Shown here piece by piece: positions 48,547 to 57,176 of a stretch of 59,647 nt of DNA. Source of the stretch: Nitrososphaerota archaeon (GTDB lineage: Archaea; Thermoproteota; EX4484-205; JAAOZP01); the NCBI GenBank assembly GCA_011605725.1, contig JAAOZP010000005.1, positions 1 to 59,647 on the forward strand, read 5' to 3'. Numbering within the stretch: the stretch's first letter is position 1; each line of letters opens with the position of its first letter. Below the pieces are notes generated by a model, which had not been told where the DNA came from, made no database searches, and saw nothing but the letters and a program-made list of their open reading frames with translations. The translations under genes were made by a program, and so were the position numbers.

Positions 48547-48805
48547 TTTAAAGATACCGCTTGCTTAAGTAAAATATAAGGTTTTAAAGATAATAAGGTA
48601 ACGTGTAATTTTTACTGTCTATCGCTTCCTTACTCTATCATTCCAGCTGTATGCTTGACAGCATATTGTTTCTAACCGGCTTATGGTGAGCCGTACGGAA
48701 AGGGGATGCGTGTTGCTAGACACTGTATAAATGTACACGTTTGTACAGCAAGATTTAAGAACCTTCTTCTAGGGCGCATGGAAAAGTGTATGGAGCGCTG
48801 GAGAA

Positions 48806-49741
48806 ATGGTGGAGAGTAAGCCTAAGGTCCTCGTGCTCGACAGCTTCGACCAAGAGTTTTTCGAAAGGCTAGAAAAATACTGCGAGGTTCTGAATGAAAC
48901 CCGTATGGATGAGGCTGAAATACTTATAGTCAGGAGTAACACTAGGGTTGACAGACAGTTCATATCCCGGCTTCCGAACCTTAAGCTTGTCGTGACTGCT
49001 ACTCATGGGGAGGACCATATTGACAAGCAGGCTCTGGCGGAGCGTGGAATACCCTACAGGACTGCTCCTGTTCAAAGCTATGATGTTGCGCAGAGCGTGA
49101 TGGCTTATGTTTTCGCGTTCGCCACCAACATGGTTACCGCGGACAGGTCTATGAAGAGGGGCGAGTGGAGAAAGAAGGAGCTCGTAGGATTCAGGGTGGA
49201 GGGTAAAACACTTGGAATAATAGGTTATGGGCGCATAGGGAGGGAGGTTGCTAGACAGGCTTTAGCGAACGGCTTGAAAGTAATCGTTTACGAGAAGGAT
49301 GCTAAGGCTAGGCTGGAGAATAGGCTTCCCGTAAGGTTTGCTGAAACCCTTGAAGAACTTCTTTCAAGCTCCGACATAATCACTATACATGTCCCCTTAA
49401 CGGAGGAAACGAAAGGAATGATTGGGGAGCGTGAGCTGGCGCTTGTTAAGGACGGTGCCTACCTGATAAACACTGCCAGAGGAGGTATCGTGGATGAGCA
49501 GGCATTGTTGAAAGCATTAGAAACCAATAAACTTGCAGGTGCAGCTTTAGATGTTTTCTATCACCAGCCACCCTTGCTGAACAATTCCTCCGAGAAGCTT
49601 GCTCGCCACGAGAAAGTTATCGCATCACCACACAGCATTGCTCAAACCACTGAAGCTCTCAGAGAGAAAGGGGAGAGGGTGCTCCAAATCATCAAGGAAT
49701 ACGTGATGAAAACCAGTGAGCCTTTCAACGCATATTTTTAA
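48806..49741 (+). CDS. D-isomer-specific 2-hydroxyacid dehydrogenase (SerA-like, no ACT domain)
   Basis: GKTLGIIGYGRIG, HVPLTEET, LINTARGGIVDE, AALDVF, SPH. Confidence 0.92.
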   Translation: MVESKPKVLVLDSFDQEFFERLEKYCEVLNETRMDEAEILIVRSNTRVDRQFISRLPNLKLVVTATHGEDHIDKQALAERGIPYRTAPVQSYDVAQSVMAYVFAFATNMVTADRSMKRGEWRKKELVGFRVEGKTLGIIGYGRIGREVARQALANGLKVIVYEKDAKARLENRLPVRFAETLEELLSSSDIITIHVPLTEETKGMIGERELALVKDGAYLINTARGGIVDEQALLKALETNKLAGAALDVFYHQPPLLNNSSEKLARHEKVIASPHSIAQTTEALREKGERVLQIIKEYVMKTSEPFNAYF

Positions 49742-49790
49742 TGGCTTTATTGCCCTTAGTTGCTAGCCTAATCATCTTTAATAGTCTCCC

Positions 49791-50096
49791 CTAACCCTTC
49801 CAAAGCCCCAGCAATAATCCAATGAGGAAGGTTGCAGAGGAGTATGGTAATACATTCTGGAGACTGCCGCCCAAGTCGATTATCTTTGGCAGAAACTCCA
49901 TAGCCTTGTCGAAAACATCTTGAAAAGTGAGGCTCACGTACCCTGTGGCTATCAGGACTACGACCAGTATCATGAGAACCAGTATCAGCGTAATGGCACG
50001 CTTAATCATGAGGCCCACTAAAAGTCCAATAATAAAGGGAACAACGATCGGAACTATCCATGCAAACTCAGGTGGGATGGTCACGACAGACCCCAT
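49791..50096 (-). CDS. Small membrane protein (FUN14-like)
   Basis: Hydrophobic 101 aa; G...G...K.A...; terminal F..G..LG..KG. Confidence 0.7.
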   Translation of the reverse strand: MGSVVTIPPEFAWIVPIVVPFIIGLLVGLMIKRAITLILVLMILVVVLIATGYVSLTFQDVFDKAMEFLPKIIDLGGSLQNVLPYSSATFLIGLLLGLWKG

Positions 50097-50206
50097 GAAA
50101 CGAGGCTTAAACCCATTTAAAAAGTTTATGTCACACCTAGTTTTCTGACCAGCCTGAATGTCCTGCAGCTAATAGCCTATGCTTCTCATCATTTCTACAT
50201 TCCTAA

Positions 50207-50998
50207 TCACAGTAGCCGGAGAAAGAAGTCGTACATTGGCCCTTTAAGCATCATGCTTTCCAGCATTTCTCGGCAGCTTGCCTTAAGCACAATCGGTTTA
50301 ACACTACCTCCGAAACTGAGAAGCTCGCCAGAGTATATGATGCATCCTTTAACCCCCTTTATTGAAAGAGCCAGCTTCACAGCCTCTTCCAAGGACTTCC
50401 TACACTCAGACTTAATCATGTTTCCTACACGCGTGGAGACAGCATCTGCAAGCGCAGCATTCTCAGCAACTACCACTGCAGCATCTGCTTCTCCGAAGGA
50501 GAGAGCATGGCTGACGCTACTTGAACTCGTAGAAACACCGATTCTGTCTTGAGAAGGGTCCAGAATAAGCCCAAGGTTAAGCTCCCTTCCGGTATACACG
50601 CCTACAACAGCCTCCCTATTCATTCTCGTCGAGATTTCCCCACCGTTTTCGACAATAGCTATTGTAGCACCCATCGTGAGCATAGCGTCTAGAACAGTGT
50701 CTGCAAGAGCCCCAGGCAGAGAGGCCATCGGTCCAACCCCTGCTTTACTGGAAGCTTCCAGAGCTACTGATACTGCAGGAGGAACCTCTCCACTCCGTTT
50801 TATGGGTTCAAGACTATATAGAAATTCCGGGTGCTTCTCAACGTAGTTCTGGACTGCTTCCCTCTCCTCGATGAACTTGGCTAAACCCTTGCTCACTATA
50901 GAAATGTTTTCCGATGCAATAAGCAGGTCAGCCTCCCTATACGTAGTTCTCAAATAGAATAGGCCGTTTCTATACGTTAATACTGGCCTAGTACTCAT
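50207..50998 (-). CDS. UPF0280 / ApbE-like protein linked to archaeal sulfide assimilation
   Basis: PEFLYSLEP, AGVGPMASLPGALAD, VENGGEI, TSS.SVSHALSFGEADA; ATG 50998 overlaps the upstream stop (ATGA). Confidence 0.9.
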   Translation of the reverse strand: MSTRPVLTYRNGLFYLRTTYREADLLIASENISIVSKGLAKFIEEREAVQNYVEKHPEFLYSLEPIKRSGEVPPAVSVALEASSKAGVGPMASLPGALADTVLDAMLTMGATIAIVENGGEISTRMNREAVVGVYTGRELNLGLILDPSQDRIGVSTSSSSVSHALSFGEADAAVVVAENAALADAVSTRVGNMIKSECRKSLEEAVKLALSIKGVKGCIIYSGELLSFGGSVKPIVLKASCREMLESMMLKGPMYDFFLRLL

Positions 50999-51402
50999 TT
51001 GTACAAAACTACCGCTCTCACCGGACATGACTTCAAACAGTTCCCACAAAGTATGCACTTCTCCTCCTCCAAAACAAGTTTTCTCTCCAAGCCTAAGGTT
51101 AAAGCATCTGTCGGGCACACTGCGGTACAAGCACCGCAATCAATACACTTATCCCTGTTGATCTCAACATATCTCGGAATCTCTTTCACTTCAACATTGT
51201 TGGACCTTAGTATTCCGATGATTTTCGAAACAACATTCTCGTCAGCGTTCACCTCAACTGTCATTATGCCCTCAGTAGCTGTCAGTCTGGCGTTCAAAAT
51301 GTTTATCGGAACTCCTGATTCAAGTATCGCTTTAGAGAGTATGGGCTTATTCACATGTGCTGGAGAATACCTTAATTCAAGCCGGGCCTTCAACCACAAC
51401 AC
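50995..51402 (-). CDS. NIL domain and 2[4Fe-4S] ferredoxin (homocysteine synthase partner)
   Basis: INILNA NIL motif; CIDCGACTAVCP and CILCGNCLKSCP. Confidence 0.93.
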   Translation of the reverse strand: MLWLKARLELRYSPAHVNKPILSKAILESGVPINILNARLTATEGIMTVEVNADENVVSKIIGILRSNNVEVKEIPRYVEINRDKCIDCGACTAVCPTDALTLGLERKLVLEEEKCILCGNCLKSCPVRAVVLYK

Positions 51403-52909
51403 CTCCCCCCTGTGTTTTCAAAAGCCTTGACAAATCTGCACTCGTTATGAGTCCGAGAACACGGTTCTCTTCATCTACTACTGGTAGGCCTGTAATATCA
51501 TGCTGCTCCATTCTTTTAGCAACAATGTCAACAGTTTCTTGGGGTTTTGCAACTATGACTTTCCTAGTCATTATTTCCTCCAAGGTTCTCGCGTTAATCG
51601 CTACTGCCTTAGCTATATCCCATGTCGTCACTATCCCTACAAGCCTATTCTGCTCATCGACCACGGGCACATGGTCAACGTTTCCCCTCACCATTCTTTC
51701 AGAAACATCCCTAATGGAATCCTTAGGGTTGGCTGTCAAAGGATTCTTCCTCATCAGCTCTGCCACCTTTGGCTCCGGTCTTCTAAGCGGCATAGTCTTC
51801 TGCACAACATCCTTGTTCAAGGGTGCAACGGGTCTACTCAGCTTGAAAACACCTTCCAAAATCCATTTCTTAAGTGTCTCCGCCACCTCCACAGCCATTC
51901 TTAGGCTGGACATGCTTGCAGCCTTAACCGTTCTATCGCCTAGCCCGACTTTTCCAGACTTAAGCTCCTCATAGCTAACCCTTCTTAAAATTGGTCTGTT
52001 GACAGAGGGAACACTGTAGTCAATAATCTCTGTATATATTTCTCTGTCAGGCGTTGCAGCATTCCTCGCCACATTCATGTTTACTATGGGTATTGGTATA
52101 CCAACTCCAACGTAGAGAGTTGAACCGTATTTATAAAAGGTTGCACCCCTTAGAAATCGAGGGTTCATCTTCTTCAAATCCCCGGCAACCATTATTGTAG
52201 AAAGGTATTTGGCAGGATAGTGCTGGGTACCCTCTCCCATAATGTAGCCAATTCCTCCTCCCAGAAATATCCTGGACCCTATACCTAATGTTTCTAAATC
52301 CCGGTCCTTGTATAAAGGGCTTAGTTCTCCCGATCCGGAATATCCGATATTCCCGTAATTAGGTAAAAGTGTTCCAAGATAAGTATAGAGTGTTCTCTCG
52401 CTTGAGTTAGTGGCTGCGAAATACCTCTGATAGGCATTCCTTGGGTTAACTAGAACAGCCTGGTTTAAATCGTGGATTGTTATGACTGTTTCAACATGTT
52501 TCCTCGGGTAACAATCTGTACCGTAACCCTCACCCCTAAGTATAAGCTCCCTACCACTCACCAAGTCTTCTATGACGTGTCCACCGCCATAATCAATGCC
52601 CTTTGTTTCGCTAAAAGCTGTTGCACCGATATACCCGTCAACTGCAGCCAAGCCCTTATACACTGGGACATCGTTCAACCATGCTTTTGTCATCTTTATA
52701 GGTGGGTCAGCATGCCCAAAGTTCAGAAACGCGCCGGAGCTGCACATGGCTCCGAAAGTCCCGGTGGTAACTACGTCAACTTCTCTCGAAGCTCTTTCAA
52801 GACCAGAGCTCTCCGCCAGTTTCACGAATTCTTCTGCCGTCAGGACCACAACGTCTCCCTTAGCTATCTTATTGTTTATCTGCCCTATTGTTCTTAGAGA
52901 CTCGTCCAT
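51377..52909 (-). CDS. DUF39 + CBS homocysteine biosynthesis protein (aspartate-semialdehyde sulfurtransferase, MJ0100/MA1821 family)
   Basis: VDVVTTGTFGAMCSSGAFLNFGHADPPIK, YGGGHVIEDL, GTDCYPR, NPRNAYQ, GEGTQH; tandem CBS domains. Confidence 0.95.
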   Translation of the reverse strand: MDESLRTIGQINNKIAKGDVVVLTAEEFVKLAESSGLERASREVDVVTTGTFGAMCSSGAFLNFGHADPPIKMTKAWLNDVPVYKGLAAVDGYIGATAFSETKGIDYGGGHVIEDLVSGRELILRGEGYGTDCYPRKHVETVITIHDLNQAVLVNPRNAYQRYFAATNSSERTLYTYLGTLLPNYGNIGYSGSGELSPLYKDRDLETLGIGSRIFLGGGIGYIMGEGTQHYPAKYLSTIMVAGDLKKMNPRFLRGATFYKYGSTLYVGVGIPIPIVNMNVARNAATPDREIYTEIIDYSVPSVNRPILRRVSYEELKSGKVGLGDRTVKAASMSSLRMAVEVAETLKKWILEGVFKLSRPVAPLNKDVVQKTMPLRRPEPKVAELMRKNPLTANPKDSIRDVSERMVRGNVDHVPVVDEQNRLVGIVTTWDIAKAVAINARTLEEIMTRKVIVAKPQETVDIVAKRMEQHDITGLPVVDEENRVLGLITSADLSRLLKTQGGGVVVEGPA

Positions 52910-52938
52910 TTTTTAAACCACCTTAAAAAGGGCCGGAA

Positions 52939-52953
52939 AATAACTGTGTTATA
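52939..52953. promoter_or_regulatory. Operator TATAAC-N3-GTTATA (AATAAC-TGT-GTTATA) at the DUF39 operon promoter
   Basis: One mismatch to a palindrome found five times in this block; overlaps the TATA region about 30 nt from ATG. Confidence 0.75.
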
Positions 52954-52990
52954 AGCTTTTCTACAGTTATGAATGATTTATGTTATTTCG

Positions 52991-53005
52991 ATTACCCATA
53001 GTAAT
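52991..53005. promoter_or_regulatory. Second palindrome ATTAC-N5-GTAAT
   Basis: ATTACCCATAGTAAT, 52 bp from the first operator; matched by 58597-58611. Confidence 0.5.
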
Positions 53006-53119
53006 AATCTATTAGTCGCCTTTTATGGTTATCGCCGAGACTTTTCAGAAGAACAACTACTTACAAGCATCTATATGTTTTTAAAAGCATGACGCATGTC
53101 TAAACGGCTATGAAAACAC

Positions 53120-53695
53120 TCAAATATATTTTAAACTTAATTCCTCTGCTATCTCATGATATTTTTCATGAACTCCATGGCCCATCCTTTCTTCTTCAAT
53201 CTTCTCAAAGCTTTCTAACAACTTCCCAAAATCTTCTTCATTAAGCACTTTTCTTCCAATTGGGTAAAGCACGTTATCCTCTTTAGAAATATGAGCTTCA
53301 AGCAACTCGACATAGTATGATGCGTTCTCAGAAAAAAGCATGTACCCATTCTTATCACCTTTTTCTATGTTTTCTATCGCCCGCGACATCTTTTTAATTA
53401 GATTTCGTCCCTGCTCATGCTCCTGAAGCATAACTCCTATAGGGCCTCCTGATCGAGAAACTCCACGGCTTTCTAAAACTGGGAACAAGATATCCTCCTC
53501 TTTGCCATGGTGACATTTATCTGCAAACATTCTCAAGAATTCTAACGCTTTCTTAAGCTCTTCGACCGGAGGATTGACACCCGCCTTTATATTCTCTGAT
53601 GCTTTCTTCAAAACCTTTAGAACTTTCTCAATTACCCTGTGCTCCCCCTCTAGTACTTTTAATGGGTCGTTCATCATTCTGTTTTCAGCATACAT
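53120..53695 (-). CDS. Hemerythrin-like (HHE cation-binding) protein
   Basis: EH..I, DKCHHGKEEDILFP, GPIGVMLQEHEQGR, HISKEDNVLYP. Confidence 0.93.
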   Translation of the reverse strand: MYAENRMMNDPLKVLEGEHRVIEKVLKVLKKASENIKAGVNPPVEELKKALEFLRMFADKCHHGKEEDILFPVLESRGVSRSGGPIGVMLQEHEQGRNLIKKMSRAIENIEKGDKNGYMLFSENASYYVELLEAHISKEDNVLYPIGRKVLNEEDFGKLLESFEKIEEERMGHGVHEKYHEIAEELSLKYI

Positions 53696-53849
53696 TCATG
53701 CATATAAGATTTCTGGTGATGCAATTCTTTTATAAGTGTGCCTTATCTGGAATGTCCAGGGTATTCTTGTTTTTTCGGGAAACATTTAAATTTGAGACAT
53801 TTCAACTTCAATGGATACGTTGAAATCTTATCCTTACTCTAAAGGTTTT

Positions 53850-53864
53850 TATAACACTGTTATA
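53850..53864. promoter_or_regulatory. Operator TATAAC-ACT-GTTATA (perfect) in a divergent promoter region
   Basis: Perfect palindromic arms between the hemerythrin and cysteine-synthase-like genes. Confidence 0.78.
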
Positions 53865-53992
53865 TAAAGGCTTTATAGAATGAATATGGAAAGGCACTTA
53901 GAAGTCTCGAAGTGTCGACTTACCATCGTCAAAAGATATTTGATACGAGCGCCAAACTTGGAATTACACGTTTTTGGGGGGAGGGGTAAAGG

Positions 53993-55174
53993 TTGAGTAA
54001 GGTTTTCAGCGCAATTAGTCTTCAAATGTTCAACAGATTCGCCGAAAACCTAGTGCAATATAGGGGGTTAAAACCATATCCCATCGAGGAAATAAAGGGG
54101 TTTAGTGTTGAAAAAGATCTACACGTGTTCATAAAGCGGGAACACGATAATATTGAAGGTACTGACCCTATCAGATCAATAAAGAGAAAGCCGGCAAGCA
54201 TAATGGGTTTATTCGTGGAAGAAGTTAACCCATATTCAAAAGTTTGGATCTCCGCTTCATCGGGTAACTTTGTTGAGGAACTTGGTATTTTGGCGAATGA
54301 AGCAGGCAAAGATCTTTTTGCTGTTGTTCCACCGCGAACACCTTCCCAGAAGATTGAAACCTTGAGGAATTTAGGAATAAACATTGTTAAGGTTTCTGAG
54401 GAAGAATACGACCTGTGCCCAAGGGAGTTCACAGTGTTCTGGGTTAGGGCTCTTGTGAACAGGCTTAATAGCACGGATGTGCTAAACATAGACCAGTACA
54501 ACAGCATTCTGAATCCTCTTTCTCACGTTTTACTGACTGCTAAAGAAATAGATGAGAAGTTTGAAAACGATTTAACTCACATTTTCGTTCCATTGGGAAG
54601 TACAGGAACTTTTGCAGGCATATGCGAGTATTTCTCAAGGTTCCGCCCAAAGGTCAAGATAATTGGTGTTCAACCAACTATGGAGCATCATATACCAGGC
54701 GTTCATTACGTCATGGGCGATTGCAAGTGGAGTCCGGAAATCTTCGGATTGCCTGACAAGAGAAGCTTGAAGATTTTAACAATAGACGACAAATCTGCGT
54801 ATCTAGCGCTTTCAGAGCTCGAAGTTAAATATGGTGTTCACGGAGGGCCTTCAAGCGGGATGGTGTTCGCCGCCCTAAAGAAGGAATTGAACACTATGGA
54901 AGATGGTAGTAATATACTTGTATTGTCAGCTGATAGTTCGTGGGATTACGTGGAATGGAACAGGGCTATTTTAACGAAACTTAAAAATGAATCTGTATTC
55001 TCCGAAGAGGATGATGTATTGGTAGAAAAATACATGGGGCTTCTACAAAGGAGAGAAGATGCGTCCAGAAGAGTATTGAAAGTAAAAAACACCTATAAGC
55101 CTCCTAAAAAAGGGCAACTTTATAGCCTAGAGGAATTCGAGGATCTTTTGCCGAACTTGTTAAATAAAACTTAG
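53993..55174 (+). CDS. Fold-type II PLP enzyme, divergent cysteine synthase/CBS family
   Basis: DPIRSIKRKPA (PLP Lys), ASSGNF, DQYNS..N...H, LGSTGT, IIGVQP, GGPSSG. Confidence 0.82.
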   Translation: MSKVFSAISLQMFNRFAENLVQYRGLKPYPIEEIKGFSVEKDLHVFIKREHDNIEGTDPIRSIKRKPASIMGLFVEEVNPYSKVWISASSGNFVEELGILANEAGKDLFAVVPPRTPSQKIETLRNLGINIVKVSEEEYDLCPREFTVFWVRALVNRLNSTDVLNIDQYNSILNPLSHVLLTAKEIDEKFENDLTHIFVPLGSTGTFAGICEYFSRFRPKVKIIGVQPTMEHHIPGVHYVMGDCKWSPEIFGLPDKRSLKILTIDDKSAYLALSELEVKYGVHGGPSSGMVFAALKKELNTMEDGSNILVLSADSSWDYVEWNRAILTKLKNESVFSEEDDVLVEKYMGLLQRREDASRRVLKVKNTYKPPKKGQLYSLEEFEDLLPNLLNKT

Positions 55175-55196
55175 CACGCTACGAATAATAAGGTAT

Positions 55197-56039
55197 TTAT
55201 AGGTCTCGAATCGTTTCACGGCCATAAGCATAAAACACGAGAGGTAATGCTATAGTCAGATAACCAAGATGTATAATAACCCTGGCCCATTCAGCAGCAA
55301 CCGTGTAGCCGAACATCACCGCAAGCACGGAGCCTATCAACCCCTTATGATGTAGAGGATTGTCAACCGACAAGTTCAAGTTAAAAGCTAATTCGCCAAG
55401 CCAACCTGTACTAACTCCTATCCCCTCCATATATTCCAGTATTTCATGAGTACCATAACCAGCTAATCCGCCAGCTAAAAATACAAGTAGCAAGCTAGTG
55501 TAGTAGAAGACTCTCCGAATATTGATTTTCATGCCAGCCATGAAAACCAGATAGGCGAAAAGTACTGAAGCCATTATGCCTAAAGTAGCACCGCCGAAAG
55601 TGTTCGCAGGATCTGCTAGAAGAAAGGGTGTTAGAAAAAGCACGGTTTCAAGGCCTTCTCGAAAAACAATTATGAAAGAGAAGAATGTAAGTGCCAGGGC
55701 TGTGCCCAGAGTCGTGATGGTTTCAACTCTTTTTTCAATTTCTGCTTTAAGCTCTCTTCCCCTGGTTGCCATCCAATAGATCATAGAAGTTAGGACTATT
55801 ACTGCAAGAAAAGCAGCAACACCTTCAAACAACGCTTTAGCAGGTCCAGTGAGGATCCCATACGTAAACCAAACGAACGCTCCGGAGACTAATGCTGTGG
55901 CTATTGCTAGACAAATACCGTAATTGACATAGCGTGATAGTAACCCTCTTCCAGTTCTCTTCAAGTATGTTAATACTATTGCTACTATAAGCGCTGCTTC
56001 CAACCCCTCTCTGAATGCCAATAAAAATTGGCCTATCAT
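55197..56039 (-). CDS. FTR1/EfeU-family iron permease
   Basis: Two REGLE motifs, about 7 TM helices. Confidence 0.93.
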   Translation of the reverse strand: MIGQFLLAFREGLEAALIVAIVLTYLKRTGRGLLSRYVNYGICLAIATALVSGAFVWFTYGILTGPAKALFEGVAAFLAVIVLTSMIYWMATRGRELKAEIEKRVETITTLGTALALTFFSFIIVFREGLETVLFLTPFLLADPANTFGGATLGIMASVLFAYLVFMAGMKINIRRVFYYTSLLLVFLAGGLAGYGTHEILEYMEGIGVSTGWLGELAFNLNLSVDNPLHHKGLIGSVLAVMFGYTVAAEWARVIIHLGYLTIALPLVFYAYGRETIRDL

Positions 56040-56054
56040 CTTCGTTGCCTTTTC

Positions 56055-56444
56055 CTAAACGAAAAGCACTATGCTGCCCTTCTTAGCGGCTTTAAGTGCT
56101 CTCTGGAGAAAGGAAACAGCTTCCTCTATTTGAACACCTGGATAAAGCGTTTGCTCATTAACCCCCATGGCTTCCAGCATTTTCTTTGAAGGTGCACAAG
56201 CCGCCACATAGGCCCCGAGCGATATAGAGTCTTCTAAGTATTGCCTGACAGGAGGCATCCCGGGCATTGAAATCCTGTCTGCCGAATCTTTCTTTATAAC
56301 ATCAAGGCCCTTCATAGTACAATAGAGGTAGGATTTGACGCCAAATGTGCTTGCAGCTAATACTAATGTTAATGCTGGATAAACACGCTCCGGTTCATTC
56401 GAAACTAACACTATGTGCAACTCTTGAGATTCATCCATTTCCAC
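56055..56444 (-). CDS. DsrE/DsrF-like (DsrE2/peroxiredoxin-like) sulfur-relay protein
   Basis: YPALTL..AA, YCTMKGL, AACAPS, terminal VLFV. Confidence 0.82.
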   Translation of the reverse strand: MEMDESQELHIVLVSNEPERVYPALTLVLAASTFGVKSYLYCTMKGLDVIKKDSADRISMPGMPPVRQYLEDSISLGAYVAACAPSKKMLEAMGVNEQTLYPGVQIEEAVSFLQRALKAAKKGSIVLFV

Positions 56445-56445
56445 T

Positions 56446-56460
56446 TATAATCGTGTTATA
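56446..56460. promoter_or_regulatory. Operator TATAAT-CGT-GTTATA upstream of dsrE-like/FTR1
   Basis: One mismatch to the consensus, immediately 5' of the start codon. Confidence 0.7.
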
Positions 56461-56600
56461 GTTTTTAAACATTTACCGAATATTTCTTCATGGGTTCGCT
56501 AGCTTTTAATGTTAAGTTTTCTAGCCTCAGATAACAGAGGAATGAGAGTTAACTACGCTTTACTTTGATCTCAGTGGAAGCCACAAAATCTTTTAAAATC

Positions 56601-57158
56601 CTACTTCCTGTACAACCGTCCAATATTAGTTTCAATCGACGGTAGGATTGACAATCCGGTCAAAGTCCCTGCGACACTCAGCAACGTGCTTTTTATCATA
56701 TCTGGCACATAAGTTAGGAACCAAATCAAAAAACCATAGAAACCCAAAGTAAATAAGTAGAGGAAGACGTATGGCATCGATGCCATCACGCCCGAAATCA
56801 CGGATGCAAAAACAACGTATTTCCTACTGGCATTCGCGTGATTTTTTGGTAGGAAATACAGCAGATCGAAAGTTAGTCCTCCTACAGCATAGCCTAACCC
56901 TACGAACAACGAGTAAATCTGCGTGAACCGAGAGAGCCTCGTTGCTAGCGATGATATCGTAGCCATAATTGTCACCCTGCCAAATTTACCTGTAATCCTA
57001 GCTATGATTAGCATCAATAGCCAGCCTAGGAAACGCTGCACGACGCCGTGTATCCCCGTTATTAGGCTAATGGTTGGACCGAGGTAAGTTTGCGAAGCTA
57101 TCCAGATGGCTGAAAAAACCGCTATTAGAGCGATGTCCCTGGCACTGAAGTCTTTCAA
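56601..57158 (-). CDS. Stand-alone ECF S-component-like membrane protein
   Basis: FSARDIALIAVFSAIW N-terminal motif, GKFG, about 5-6 TM. Confidence 0.65.
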   Translation of the reverse strand: MKDFSARDIALIAVFSAIWIASQTYLGPTISLITGIHGVVQRFLGWLLMLIIARITGKFGRVTIMATISSLATRLSRFTQIYSLFVGLGYAVGGLTFDLLYFLPKNHANASRKYVVFASVISGVMASMPYVFLYLFTLGFYGFLIWFLTYVPDMIKSTLLSVAGTLTGLSILPSIETNIGRLYRK

Positions 57159-57176
57159 AGGGTAGTTGCCTCACCT

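Noticed and set aside
48723-48748. Imperfect inverted repeat CTGTATAAAT-GTACAC-GTTTGTACAG upstream of the dehydrogenase
   Set aside because: Single imperfect occurrence; could be an operator but unsupported
50999-52916. Several plus-strand ORFs of 106-205 aa
   Set aside because: Antisense to the DUF39/NIL-ferredoxin operon
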